The notes: generated by a model not told the origin, from the sequence alone. Shown: positions 28,336 through 39,806, counted from the first letter of the stretch. The stretch: 64,000 nucleotides of DNA from a virus (IMGVR_UViG_3300018489_000278), one strand, 5' to 3'. A program made the numbers and translations.

Positions 28336-30413
28336 ATGTCAAGACTTATTAAAACAGAAGACGGTAAAATTGTTGAATTTGATCAGTCCGTTGTAATGGA
28401 AACTATTCAGAAGGTTGGTTCTATTACTTGTGAGATTCCACCAGATACAACTCAATTTTTGGCGAATATTGTTATAACAGAGCTATTCCAAAATGATAGT
28501 AATGGTGGTGTCCCTGTCGATATAAGAGAAGTGCAGAAAAAAGTTGCAGAAGTGTTAATGAGAAAAGGTTTTTATGACACAGCAATCCATTACGTAGCAT
28601 TATCAAAAGATCGGTTAGCAGTACCAGAAATTAAACAAGAAGTAAGTAGTAACAAAATTGACATATTAGATCTAATGAGTTCATACTTAAAAGAAGAGAC
28701 ATGGGAAGTACACGAAAATGCCAATATTGATTACTCAATACAAGGATTAAAGGCATTTATTACAAGCAAAGCAGAAGAGATATATTGGCTTGAAAAAGTT
28801 TTCCAAAAGCTGTTTCAGATCTACACAAAGATGGCTTTGTACACATTCACAACTTAGGTTTTCTTGGTAGCTACTGTGTAGGATGGGACCTTGAAGACCT
28901 TATAAGAAGAGGTTTTGGTGGTGTACCTTCAAAACCATATTCAGTTCCTGCAAAACACTTTTCTTCTATATTAGGGCAGATGATGAATTTCCTCTTTACT
29001 CTTCAAAACGAAGCAGCAGGTGCTGTAGCATTTAGTTCATTAGATACTCTATTAGCACCTTTTGTTTATTTTGACAAGCTTACCTTCAAAGAAGTAAAAC
29101 AGCAAATTCAAGAGTTTGTTTATAACATGAACCAAACAATGAGAACAGGTGGGCAATCCCCATTTTCAAATATTACAGTTGATCTTACTCCTCACAAGCT
29201 GTTAAGGAATAGACCTGTTATTATAGGTGGTAAAGAAATAAAAGAATACACATATGGTATGTTCCAAAACGAAATGGATATGATAAATAAAGCATTATTT
29301 GAAGTATATCTTGAAGGAGATGGCCACGGCAGACCTTTTACTTTTCCAATTCCAACAATAAACATATCAAAAGATTTTAACTGGGATAATCCTATTCTTG
29401 ATCCTCTGTGGGAGGCAACAGCGAAGTACGGTATTCCTTATTTTGCAAATTACATTAACTCGGACTTAAAACCAGAAGATGCCAGGTCAATGTGTTGCAG
29501 GCTTAAGCTTGATGTAAGGCAGTTGCAAAGCAAAGGTGGTGGATTATTCGGTGCAGCACCTCTTACAGGTTCTGTTGGCGTTGTTACAATCAACTTGCCT
29601 CGTCTTGCTTATTTATCTAAAGATGAAGTTAGTTTTTTCTCTTCGTTAAACGATGTTATGGATGCAGTAAAAGAAGGATTAGAGAAGAAGAGAGAAGCTG
29701 TTGAAAGATTTACAGAGATTGGGCTTTATCCTTATTCTAAAATTTACCTTGAACCTATAAAAGAATCAACAGGACATTATTGGAATAATCATTTTTCAAC
29801 TATTGGTATTATTGGTATGAACGAAGCTCTTCAAAACTTGTTTGGCAGAGATGTGAACATTGGCACTGAGAAAGGTATAGAGTTTTCCGTTAGAGTTTTA
29901 CAACATATGAGAGATAGATTAGTTAAATATCAAGAAGAGACAGGACATTTATACAACCTTGAGGCAACGCCTGCAGAATCTACTTCTTATTCTTTAGCAT
30001 TAAAAGATAAAAGAAAGTATCCAGATATTATCACAGCAGGAACAGACGATACGCCTTATTATACAAATTCAACACAACTTCCTGTTAATTATACAGATGA
30101 TCCATTTGAGGCAGCTGAGCTTCAAGAGCCAATTCAAAAATTGTACACAGGCGGCACAACACAACATTTCTTTTTAGGTGAGAGAATTACCGCAAGTTCT
30201 GCTAAATTATTTGTCAAAAAAATGCTTGAGAACTTCGAGCTTCCTTACATTACACTTACACCTACATTCTCTATTTGTCCTAAGCATGGATATATACCAG
30301 GTGAACATGAATTTTGTCCGTACTGTGACGAAGAACTGAAACAGAAAGCAAAAGAGGGTGACTTGAATAATAGTCAAAACAGTGTTAAAATAGATCTGAA
30401 GATTAATATATGA
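28336..30413 (+). CDS. nrdD: Anaerobic ribonucleoside-triphosphate reductase (class III), one frame change at the A5 run near 28793
   Basis: GFVHIHNLGFLGSYCVGWDLEDL and RSMCCRLKLD motifs; C-terminal CPKHG...CPYC zinc ribbon; 28336-28857 and 28794-30413 are in different frames joined at gaaaaag. Confidence 0.75.
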
Positions 30414-30437
30414 AGTTCAATAAGATGGAGGTGTAAG

Positions 30438-31298
30438 ATGGAAAATGAGAGTTTTGACGAAGCTAAAAACACAGTAGAAGATCTAAAAAATCAGTTCATA
30501 GCTAAACTCAACAACTTATACACAAAGGACATAGAAAAAATACTCGTGCAACCTATTAAAAGAATAATAGATAATTACACTGTTTATGGATATGCATCTT
30601 TGATAGAGACGAAAGATAAAAACATTGCTGTTAAGAGATACTTATTACCTGCAGAAAAAAAAGAGCAATACGAAGATTATTTGGTTATTAGACCTTTTGA
30701 CTTAAGTAAAAATTGTCTTGCAGGTTCTGTTAGAGATATGAGTAAAGTATGGAAGCTATCAGATGGAAATGTTTATGTAGTTGTAGAAATAGCTAATGAA
30801 GTTGAAAAAAACGCGAACTTGGACGTCCTTACAAAAAGTTATGTCAAACAAATGGATAAAGATTTTTCATTGATTGAAGAAAAGTATAATGCAGCTAAAC
30901 AGAAGATAACACAAGAGTATAGGGTATCAGATTATTTTGATATAAAAGTGAATAGTAAAATTGCTTATTCTATTTATACAGATAAGAATTTGCTTTACAA
31001 CACATTTGACGACAATTGGTATATTGAAGCAACGATGTACATACCAGAAACAATAATGAAAAAGGCGCATATAAACGAAGATACGCCTTTTAACATGTTC
31101 GGTCCCAGCGTTAATGCACTTATAAATATTAACAAAAATACAATTATGCTTAACGGAAGAAAAGTAAAACAGTTGCACATGTATATATACGAGAGCAAAG
31201 ATTCCAATGAGGTAGAGAACACATATAATAAGACAATACAAAAAATTGTTAGTTTTATAGAAAGTCAGTTACAACAGAATAAAGAAAGTGAGAGATAG
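30438..31298 (+). CDS. Family A paralog 1 (VYAYA-YYLP family), unknown function
   Basis: NYTVYGYASL...VKRYLLPAE; KLSDGNVYVVVEIANEVEKN; NWYIEATMYIPE. Confidence 0.5.
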   Translation: MENESFDEAKNTVEDLKNQFIAKLNNLYTKDIEKILVQPIKRIIDNYTVYGYASLIETKDKNIAVKRYLLPAEKKEQYEDYLVIRPFDLSKNCLAGSVRDMSKVWKLSDGNVYVVVEIANEVEKNANLDVLTKSYVKQMDKDFSLIEEKYNAAKQKITQEYRVSDYFDIKVNSKIAYSIYTDKNLLYNTFDDNWYIEATMYIPETIMKKAHINEDTPFNMFGPSVNALININKNTIMLNGRKVKQLHMYIYESKDSNEVENTYNKTIQKIVSFIESQLQQNKESER

Positions 31299-31328
31299 TA
31301 TTATGGTGTTAGTTAGAGGTGAATAAAA

Positions 31329-32513
31329 ATGGATGATACACTAAAAGCAAAGGAGTCAGATTATAACCATGTGTATTCACAAGCAGTAGAAAATGTAGAA
31401 TTGGAGAAAGGTGTTTCTATGTCTAAACGGGTCTTTTTAGAAGAGAATATTCACAATTTAAGCGACAGCGGTGTTTACTATGCTGTTCTTTCAGTATATT
31501 TACCTATCGAAGGTATCGATGCTCAAATTCGTGAACTTGCCAAAAAATTGTCTTTTTTTATTGATGTAAAAGGAGAAAAAGTAAAAATTTCGGCAGATAT
31601 GTCAGATACAGGTAGTAAACTTAAACTTGTCAACGGTAATCAGTATATTTATTATCGTATTAGCGATATGTTCACAGACAAACAGGATGGCATTAGATAT
31701 GTTGAGGATGTGAAAAACAATATTCTCGTCAGAATCTCGGAACTTTACAAAAATAGAAGTATTGATATGTTGTGTAATCCTATAAGTAGAAATATAGTAG
31801 ACTATAAGGTTTATGCTTTTGCGGAGTTGAAACATTTATCTACAAAAGACTTGGTTGTTCATAGGTATTACTTTCCTTGCGAAAACGAACAAGCAAGACC
31901 TCCAAGAGGTTTAGTAAGAGGAGCGAGCGATATCGCAAAACATTACAAATATAAAGCCTCTTATCTTCAATCTGATTTTAATGGAATGTCTTATTTTGTT
32001 TTAGAAGTGGCTGACGAAGTAGAAAAAAATATTGACAAAAATACATTAGAGAAAGAGCATAGTATAAAAATAAATGCCGATTTAGAGACAGCACAAGACC
32101 TTTTTGAAGGGTTTAAGGATATCGATAGTAAAGAGTACGAAGATAGGCAAACTGGTTCTATTTTGATAGGAGGGAAGGAGACAGATGTTATAATTGATAA
32201 AAAAGCTGAATACAATGAAGCTATGAACGAGTGGCTTATAACAGCAAATATCTACATACCGGATAATGTTGCAAGAGCATTGAAGCTTAATAATTCTGTT
32301 TTAGATTCATTATCTCAAGAACATTTACTTTTCTTTGTAGATAAGGATAAGATAAGACTGCCTTCGACTGGGAAGAATGTAAGAAAAATACAATTAAATG
32401 TGTTTGATGTAGATACATTGGAAAATGCAGAGAAAGTGTTTCATGACGGATTCAACGCACTTATATCTCATATGAATAAAATAGCTCAAGCAAGCAAAGT
32501 AGAGGAGAAATAA
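31329..32513 (+). CDS. Family A paralog 2
   Basis: DYKVYAFAEL...VHRYYFPCE, RGLVRG, YFVLEVADEVEKN, NEWLITANIYIPD. Confidence 0.5.
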   Translation: MDDTLKAKESDYNHVYSQAVENVELEKGVSMSKRVFLEENIHNLSDSGVYYAVLSVYLPIEGIDAQIRELAKKLSFFIDVKGEKVKISADMSDTGSKLKLVNGNQYIYYRISDMFTDKQDGIRYVEDVKNNILVRISELYKNRSIDMLCNPISRNIVDYKVYAFAELKHLSTKDLVVHRYYFPCENEQARPPRGLVRGASDIAKHYKYKASYLQSDFNGMSYFVLEVADEVEKNIDKNTLEKEHSIKINADLETAQDLFEGFKDIDSKEYEDRQTGSILIGGKETDVIIDKKAEYNEAMNEWLITANIYIPDNVARALKLNNSVLDSLSQEHLLFFVDKDKIRLPSTGKNVRKIQLNVFDVDTLENAEKVFHDGFNALISHMNKIAQASKVEEK

Positions 32514-32518
32514 AGCGT

Positions 32519-33694
32519 ATGATGAAAGATGAAAAAATAAATCACCAGATTTCTTCTATTTTAGTAGGGCAAATCAAACTCGATGATAATGTATACGATC
32601 AAACAAGAGTTTTCATAGAACATTGGATAGAACAAGATGATTATAAATCATTTTTTTATACACAATACACTCAAATTTTTTTGTTATCTGACAAGTACGA
32701 CTACATTATACCCGAGTTTTCTAATAGGAGTGGAATGTTAAGATTTAAACTTGGCTATGAAGTTACTCTTGACGTTGAGCCATTTCATGCAAATGCAGAG
32801 AGGATTGGTAATGAGTATTATCATGCTATCACTATTGAAGAAAAAATCCATGATATTGATACAGCTATCGAAAAAATAAAGGAATATAATGAAACGCTGT
32901 CTAATTATTTCACCCGTCTCTACAAAAAGAATATAGGTAAAATAGTTGTTTCTCCTCAAAAAGTTTCTTGTGAAGATCAAACAGTTTATGCATACGCTTC
33001 CATAGGATTAGATGATAAAAAGAAGAAGAAAGTTATTAAATATTATTATTACTTACCATACGACATACAAAATAGCACAGTAGCAAGAGGATTCAAATCT
33101 GCCAAAGAACAATTAAAAGAAGTACCAGATCATGTAGATGATAATATTTTCCACGGTAGAGTTCTTTCAGATGGTAATATCTATTCACTTTTGATTGTTG
33201 AGACAGAAGTTAATAAATCTGTTAGTGAAATAAAAGATAAGATAAACAATGATTTGTCCATGATACATGACTTATATCCAAAAGTTATGCAAGAGATTCA
33301 AAAAGAACACGAAAGTGTTGGTAGTATGCATATATTCAAAGGATATAAAAACATAGATGTATATTATAAAGATTCGTTTGTGTTTCCTGAAGAAGAGTAT
33401 AATTGGGTAATGCATAGTAGCATATACATTCCTGTTAGTGCTTTTGACAACTACGAGCAATATGTGTTAGCAAAAGATGTTGTTCAAGATACAAATAGAA
33501 ATTATCGTTGGAGCGTAAGAGTGGACAATCCTCGAGAAATGTTTAATGGTGAAAATTGCTATGTGTTTTCTATTAGATTAGAGTTTAATGACGTAACAGA
33601 GGCAGAAGAAATGGCTAATAATGTTAGAAAACAATTTGTAGATCTTTTAACGGATAAAGTGTTTTCTCATTCAGTAGAGGAGCAAGAAAGATAA
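32519..33694 (+). CDS. Family A paralog 3
   Basis: DQTVYAYASI...YYYYLPYD, TVARGFKS, YNWVMHSSIYIPV. Confidence 0.5.
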   Translation: MMKDEKINHQISSILVGQIKLDDNVYDQTRVFIEHWIEQDDYKSFFYTQYTQIFLLSDKYDYIIPEFSNRSGMLRFKLGYEVTLDVEPFHANAERIGNEYYHAITIEEKIHDIDTAIEKIKEYNETLSNYFTRLYKKNIGKIVVSPQKVSCEDQTVYAYASIGLDDKKKKKVIKYYYYLPYDIQNSTVARGFKSAKEQLKEVPDHVDDNIFHGRVLSDGNIYSLLIVETEVNKSVSEIKDKINNDLSMIHDLYPKVMQEIQKEHESVGSMHIFKGYKNIDVYYKDSFVFPEEEYNWVMHSSIYIPVSAFDNYEQYVLAKDVVQDTNRNYRWSVRVDNPREMFNGENCYVFSIRLEFNDVTEAEEMANNVRKQFVDLLTDKVFSHSVEEQER

Positions 33695-33732
33695 TTGTAT
33701 GAAGACAAAAGAGTATATAAGAGGTGTAAAAA

Positions 33733-34904
33733 ATGGATAGTCAAGAGAACGAGATAAATTATGATTATTCTTCAATGTCTCTCATTGACAGTATTACATT
33801 AGATAAAGATATAGTGCGAGATATTGTGCTTGTGTTTCATCACACTATTCAAGCAGATACATCATCCGATATTGCTACCCATCAACTTACATCAGAAGTG
33901 TATTTTCCTGTGACTATAAGTAGTTCTGCTGTAGAAGAAATTATATCTAGTAATGTTTATTTGTCAGTCTTTATCGATATCAGAAAATGGAAGATTAATC
34001 TTAAAAGGCTTTTTTCTTATTCTGATAAGATATATGACGACAGGTTCTGTAAGGTTATACTATCTGTCTCCGGTAGTCCTAAAGACTTAGTTAAAAAAGC
34101 AGAGCAAATAGAGCAAGGCATATCTAAAAGTATAAAAGAAGCATATAAAACTAAGGTGGGCGAGTTATTGGTACCTTCTATGCATGTTGATATTGAAGAT
34201 AATAAGAAAGTGTATGCTTATGCAACGATATCTCATGGCAATAAAAAGGATAAAGTAACATTTTTCTATTACCTTCCTTGCCACACGGATTATCCTAAAT
34301 TAGTTAGAGGTCTTAAAGGCGTAGAAAGTCGACTAATGGAGGATAACTTTTCTTTTAACGAAGTTGTTTCACTTTCAAAAGGCAACACATTTAGCGTTGT
34401 TGCAATTGAAGAAAGAGTTCAAAAACAAGACATAGAAGCAACAAGAAGATGGGCAACGAGAAAAATGGAAGATATGCTTTTTAGTATAGAGAATGATTAT
34501 AAAAACTACATGGCAGAAATTAAGAAAGAAAAAACTATAAACAGTCAACAGAAATATATATAGGTGCAAGAAGAATCCCTATTTTTATTGAAAATCGTCT
34601 CTGTTTTAACGAAGATATTCCTTCTTATTGGTATGTTTATTCTACTGTTTATATTCCTGTTGATGAGCAATCTGAAGACGCAATAACACCTGAAGAGTGG
34701 GAGCTTGTAGAAAAATATGTTAAAGGTTGGGAATTTGCACGAGGTAGTTTTAAAGGATACTCCTGCGAGGTATTAGATAAAGGTGTATATGATCTCTATT
34801 CGATGCAAGAAGCGGAAACAGCAGCTGATGAGAATGTGATTATGCTTATTCAATTAGTCTATAATGTTTTAAATAACAAAATAAGAAGAGGTGAAGAGAG
34901 ATAA
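33733..34904 (+). CDS. Family A paralog 4, frame change near 34560
   Basis: NKKVYAYATISHG...FFYYLPCH, KLVRGLKG; the C-terminal block SYWYVYSTVYIPVDE is read in a different frame across 34569-34904. Confidence 0.45.
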
Positions 34905-34918
34905 GTGAAAAACATAGT

Positions 34919-35179
34919 GTGAGTTTTAATCGTAATTTTACGCTTAATCATCTTAGAATAGATCATAATGTATATTTTGATATTAATGTCTTTTTAACAA
35001 GCAAAATTTATGATTCATATATAACTCAGATCAATGTTTATTTACCTACAGTAGCAGAATTGTATAATGAAAAACCTATAACGTTTTTATTCAAGAACGA
35101 TAAGTGTGAGATTATTACAGATAGATACGACCAGGAAGAAGATATAGATGGCACTCAATATACAGTATATCATTTTTAA
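34919..35179 (+). CDS. Small hairpin-module protein (86 aa, GTG start)
   Basis: NVYFDINVFL...QINVYLPTVAEL resembles the family B module. Confidence 0.3.
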   Translation: MSFNRNFTLNHLRIDHNVYFDINVFLTSKIYDSYITQINVYLPTVAELYNEKPITFLFKNDKCEIITDRYDQEEDIDGTQYTVYHF

Positions 35180-35196
35180 GTAGTGTTTTTAATAAT

Positions 35197-36213
35197 ATGG
35201 AGGAGGCATTACAAAATTTAAAGCAGGCAGAAGAAGAAATTGAGAAAGAAATAAAAAGAATATACGAATTTAATACAAGTGAGATGTTAGTAGAACCCAT
35301 AACACTGTTCGAAGACAAAGACAGAAACAAAGTTTATTACTATGTTTATCGTGCATCAGTTCAACATTTCCAGTATGTTAATACCTTTTATCTTTTCCCA
35401 GCGGAAGCGAACGGATATGTCCGTGATCAGTTTAATTTTGTATTAAATAAAATGTTAACAACGGAACATTCACAAATAGATAGATACACTGTGCGTCTTT
35501 CAAACGGGAAAAACTATGTTGTTCTTTTTTGGAGAGATTTGTGGGATCTTTCATTTGCAAAAAGTCAAATTTACGAGGTATATGCCGATAAAGTATTTAA
35601 CCAAGCTCGTGATATGATAAGTAATGCATATAAAAAATATATAGAAGAAAAAAAGAAAGAACATATTGAGAATCAACAAATAGAATTTAAAGTAGGACAA
35701 GATAACTATTATCTTCTGATAAGTAAGAATTTTATGCTTGATATTAGTTCCCTTACATGGACATGCCATTGCGATCTTTCCGTTCCTCACATTGATTCAC
35801 CAAACTATATACCAGTTAAATTTAAAAAGAAATTGCTACAAACAAAATTTGGCAAAGATAGTATAGAATGGCATGTAGAAGAAGTTTCAACGCATTCTGC
35901 CTATGGCACTATATATGATGTATACGATTGCTTTGTAAAAGGTCAGACATTAGAAGAAGCTAAACAGTCTATAAATAATGTATTAGAAGAAACAAAAGAA
36001 TGGATTGAAAAAATATTGAAACAAAGAGGGATGAGGATCTTGAGCGATAATAGTCATAACATTGTTTGTGTTCTACATAATGTTGAGCTGGAAGATAGAG
36101 TAGAGGATACATTGTCATTATTAATAAGAAGTCAAATAAGGCAAAACAGTCTTGGAAACTATTTTTTATCATTGATATTTATTTACCTTCTGGCTTCTAT
36201 CACAGTAACATAA
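35197..36213 (+). CDS. Family A paralog 5 (divergent)
   Basis: NKVYYYVYRAS...NTFYLFPAE, RLSNGKNYVVLFW, LTWTCHCDLSVPHIDSPNYIPV. Confidence 0.45.
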   Translation: MEEALQNLKQAEEEIEKEIKRIYEFNTSEMLVEPITLFEDKDRNKVYYYVYRASVQHFQYVNTFYLFPAEANGYVRDQFNFVLNKMLTTEHSQIDRYTVRLSNGKNYVVLFWRDLWDLSFAKSQIYEVYADKVFNQARDMISNAYKKYIEEKKKEHIENQQIEFKVGQDNYYLLISKNFMLDISSLTWTCHCDLSVPHIDSPNYIPVKFKKKLLQTKFGKDSIEWHVEEVSTHSAYGTIYDVYDCFVKGQTLEEAKQSINNVLEETKEWIEKILKQRGMRILSDNSHNIVCVLHNVELEDRVEDTLSLLIRSQIRQNSLGNYFLSLIFIYLLASITVT

Positions 36214-36286
36214 CACCAGAAATAAGGGACATCACTAACCATATTACTAATATTAGTAGTAAAAAATCTTCATTGAACGAGAGCAA

Positions 36287-37156
36287 ATGGAAAAAATTGA
36301 CATAAATGAAAATCATTATGTTTATAAAAGCGTAGAAAGTGATCTATACGAAACTTCCGATAAAGCAGTAAGTGCATTAAAAAATACAGAAGACGATATT
36401 ATAACAAACATTAAGAAGATATATAAAACAAATATGGGTGATTCGCTCTTTTATCCTCTCCACAAATATATAGACAGAGGCAAAGCAGTATATGCATATG
36501 CGAGGCTCTTGCAGAGAAATGGTTCTAATTGGATAGTAAGAAGATGCTACTACTTGCCAGTAGAGGATGAACAAAATATCTCAGAAAGAGTATTTCATTA
36601 CGCAGAACGAAAAATAGGAATGTCTGCTTCTACATGTTTTTCTACAAGAAAACTTTCTGATGGTAAGTATTACGGTATAGTTTACGTGGACGATAGGACC
36701 GAACCAAATAAAGATGTTGGTACGCTACGTAGGGAGTATCTGACAAAACTACGAGCAGACCTCGATTTGATAGAATCGTCTTATGTGATAGCTACAAATG
36801 CGATTAAGAAAGAATTTAGCGATAAGAGAATAAAAACAATCAGTGTCTTCGGCAAGAAAAACGATGCAATAATCTTTAAACATTGTTTTTATAATGACTA
36901 CGAGAATAATTGGGGAGTGAAAGCAAGTATTACTTTAGCTGAGAAAGTATGTCTTGATATAGTAGATAAATTAGGTAAGAAAATAGATGGATGGAAATTT
37001 GACGACTTGAAGCTTGTTGAACCTGCGAATAATTTTTCTTTTGAATTTAGAAAAACAGACATTCCAACATACGCAGAAGCTGAAAAGATTTTGGATAATA
37101 AGATAAAGTCATTTATAGAAAAAGTAGCAAGTAAGAACATAGAGGAAGAAAGGTAA
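36287..37156 (+). CDS. Family A paralog 6
   Basis: GKAVYAYARL...VRRCYYLPVE, RKLSDGKYYGIVYVDD, NNWGVKASITLAE. Confidence 0.5.
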   Translation: MEKIDINENHYVYKSVESDLYETSDKAVSALKNTEDDIITNIKKIYKTNMGDSLFYPLHKYIDRGKAVYAYARLLQRNGSNWIVRRCYYLPVEDEQNISERVFHYAERKIGMSASTCFSTRKLSDGKYYGIVYVDDRTEPNKDVGTLRREYLTKLRADLDLIESSYVIATNAIKKEFSDKRIKTISVFGKKNDAIIFKHCFYNDYENNWGVKASITLAEKVCLDIVDKLGKKIDGWKFDDLKLVEPANNFSFEFRKTDIPTYAEAEKILDNKIKSFIEKVASKNIEEER

Positions 37157-37159
37157 GTC

Positions 37160-38325
37160 ATGCGAAACGAAGAATATAGAGAAGTGGGATATTATAAATT
37201 AGGCGAGCAAAAATTCAGCGATAAGGCAAAAATATTAACAGATGTGCATGTCCTTAAAAGAATTATAGATCATAGTCCAAATCAGTATTTTACATATGTG
37301 CATTTTTACTTACCGTGCAACTATCATGGTTCAGTTGTTCCTGAAATAGTTGGCAGAGGCCGTCAAATCAGTATAGAGTATAAAGGCCACACATATAATG
37401 TAGATTTAGACTATCCAGAAGCCTCTGCATATGTTGAAAATCTTCTCTATTTGCAATTCACTATATCAGGTTCACTACAAACAATGAAAGATGCAACAAT
37501 ATTTGCTAAAGAAATTGAGAGAAGGATGATTAAACAGTTACTTGAAAATTATGTTAACAATACACAAAAAATGTTATTATACAACCACTTAGTGTATCTG
37601 TGGATACCAAGAATAAAGTTTTTGCTTACGCTACATGTAGAGATACTAAGTTTAATCATATCATTAATACTTTTTATTTGCTTCCAGGCTACAATGCAGA
37701 ACAATCAATAAAAAGACCATTTTTACCTTCCGTGCACGATTTAGTTACCGAGGACCATGCAGAAGAATTAGGCGACCGCTATATGGATAATGGCCAAATT
37801 TATCATATGCTTTTAACACAAAACAAGATAAGTATTTCAGAGGATATAAATGATGTAATCAATCTTACCAAAGCAGAAATCGACAAGAGGTTTGAAAAAA
37901 TTAAGACGAAGTATTATGCAGCCAAGAATGAGATACAGAAAGAAACCAATACAAAAAATGTATTCTACCTCGATGTTGGCCATAATAGATTTGAGATAGA
38001 CATATTTAATACCTTTATTTTTGATTCGTATACATCAGAATGGAATTGCCATATAAGTATAGATATATACATGGATTGTGCGTTGAACAAAGGCATATTG
38101 AGAGAAGCAATGAGCAAGAATAATAGAGTCTTTCATGTTTTGTCTGTTGGTAAGACTTTACATGGTAACGATCTGTTAAGCGTTGAAGAATATGGAGCGA
38201 ATATACATCGCACTAGCACATTTGATGAGGCAAAAGACCAAGCAGATAGAATAACAAGCGAATTGTTGAATGATGTTTTTGATACTTTGAGAAAAGTTTA
38301 TGCAGAAAAAGAAGAAGAAAAATGA
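37160..38325 (+). CDS. Family A paralog 7, frame change at the A6 run near 37565
   Basis: N-terminal part carries QYFTYVHFYLPCNY; after the shift PLSVSVDTKNKVFAYATCRD...NTFYLLPGY and SEWNCHISIDIYMD. Confidence 0.45.
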
Positions 38326-38377
38326 TAAAACTTTTAAAATTATATACAAAAAAGTTAAATTTGTGGTATAATAGGGT

Positions 38378-38962
38378 ATGGAGCTAAAAGAACTATTAAA
38401 GTTTTTATTAGAAAAACAAAAGAAATGCCAATATGTGGTCTCTTTTAAAGAGATCTGTGAACAATTTACAGACGAAAAGGCACAGAGTATTAACATTCAG
38501 CTTCACAGATTTGCAAAAGAGGGTATGATTGTACCACTTGTCAAAGGATACTACACAAATCCATTCATGGCAGAAGAAAAACCAGAAACAATTCTGTTAG
38601 AACTTGCAAAGAAATTGAGACCTAACGATAAATTCTATTTGTCTTTAGAATATGATGCTTTCGAGTGCAATATGATCAATCAAGTGCCTAATGGTTTTAC
38701 TTTTGTAACTACTGGTAGAAGTTATAGGTATTATACACCGGTTGGAGTTATCCATTTTACTCATTTATCGAATATCAATTTAGAGTCTGAGTATATCTTC
38801 CAAGATAAATGGAGAGGAATTTATGTTGCAGAACCAAAACAAATTATTATGGATGCAATCAAGCTTAAGAAGTTTGATTTAATTGATCTTATTTTAGAGA
38901 AAAATGATGAATACAAGAGCGTAGAAGATCTATTAGAGAATTATAGAGAGGAGGAAGATTAA
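38378..38962 (+). CDS. AbiEi-like antitoxin (type IV TA transcriptional regulator)
   Basis: 194 aa directly upstream of and coupled to an AbiEii-family nucleotidyltransferase. Confidence 0.5.
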   Translation: MELKELLKFLLEKQKKCQYVVSFKEICEQFTDEKAQSINIQLHRFAKEGMIVPLVKGYYTNPFMAEEKPETILLELAKKLRPNDKFYLSLEYDAFECNMINQVPNGFTFVTTGRSYRYYTPVGVIHFTHLSNINLESEYIFQDKWRGIYVAEPKQIIMDAIKLKKFDLIDLILEKNDEYKSVEDLLENYREEED

Positions 38963-38963
38963 G

Positions 38964-39806
38964 ATGAGCATGAAAATTAATTTTAATGAAGGGAAAAAGT
39001 CGAGAGAAACGATTCAACTGATTATCTTACAGATCTTATCCGATAGAGGTTATACAAACGATATTACTTTTCACGGGGGCACATGCGAACATTTCTGCTA
39101 TAAAAATCCGAGGTATTCTGAAGACCTTGATTTTGTTACCACAAAAAATGTTAATTTTAATGCTATAAGTCAAACACTTCAAGAAGAACTGCCAAAATAT
39201 ATTTCAAACAAGATAAAAGTTGTGGGCCAAGAGAGAGATTATTCAGACAACATTGTTAAAAAGATTAAAGTAAGAGTTTTTCCGGATGATCCTAATAAAA
39301 GAAAAATTGAGGTTATTGTTGAATTTGCAACAGACATTCCAAACTACACAAGAGTATTCGCCAATATTAAAGGAGGTGAATTCGATTTTTCTTTAAATGC
39401 AGAGGCAATGGAAGAAATTTTGGCAGATAAAGTAGTTGCATTTGGCTCAAGAGCAATTTGGAAAAGTACTCCTTTTAAGGCGCGTGATTTATGGGATATT
39501 TATTGGTTAATTCAAAATAACATTAAACTCGATCCTTCTATGGTTGTTAAGAAGATAAAAAATTATAAAGAGAGTTACACTAATTTTCTTGAAATATTTG
39601 AAAAAAGATTAGAGACTCTCCATGATGAAAAAAGTATAGATGCGTTTCAGAACGGAATGCTTTCTTATGTTGATGGTAGAGAAGAGGAATTGGTTAAAGA
39701 TAAAGATTTTGTAAAGAATCTACTCTCAACCATTTATCCATTTTTATCTGATGCTTTGCATAAAGTTGAAGAGAACGCGAGATATGCAGAAGAACCTGAA
39801 AGATAA
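38964..39806 (+). CDS. AbiEii/AbiGii-family nucleotidyltransferase toxin (DUF1814)
   Basis: ITFHGGTCEHFCYKNPRYSEDLDF matches the family GGTxL...R.SxDLD nucleotidyltransferase motif. Confidence 0.65.
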   Translation: MSMKINFNEGKKSRETIQLIILQILSDRGYTNDITFHGGTCEHFCYKNPRYSEDLDFVTTKNVNFNAISQTLQEELPKYISNKIKVVGQERDYSDNIVKKIKVRVFPDDPNKRKIEVIVEFATDIPNYTRVFANIKGGEFDFSLNAEAMEEILADKVVAFGSRAIWKSTPFKARDLWDIYWLIQNNIKLDPSMVVKKIKNYKESYTNFLEIFEKRLETLHDEKSIDAFQNGMLSYVDGREEELVKDKDFVKNLLSTIYPFLSDALHKVEENARYAEEPER

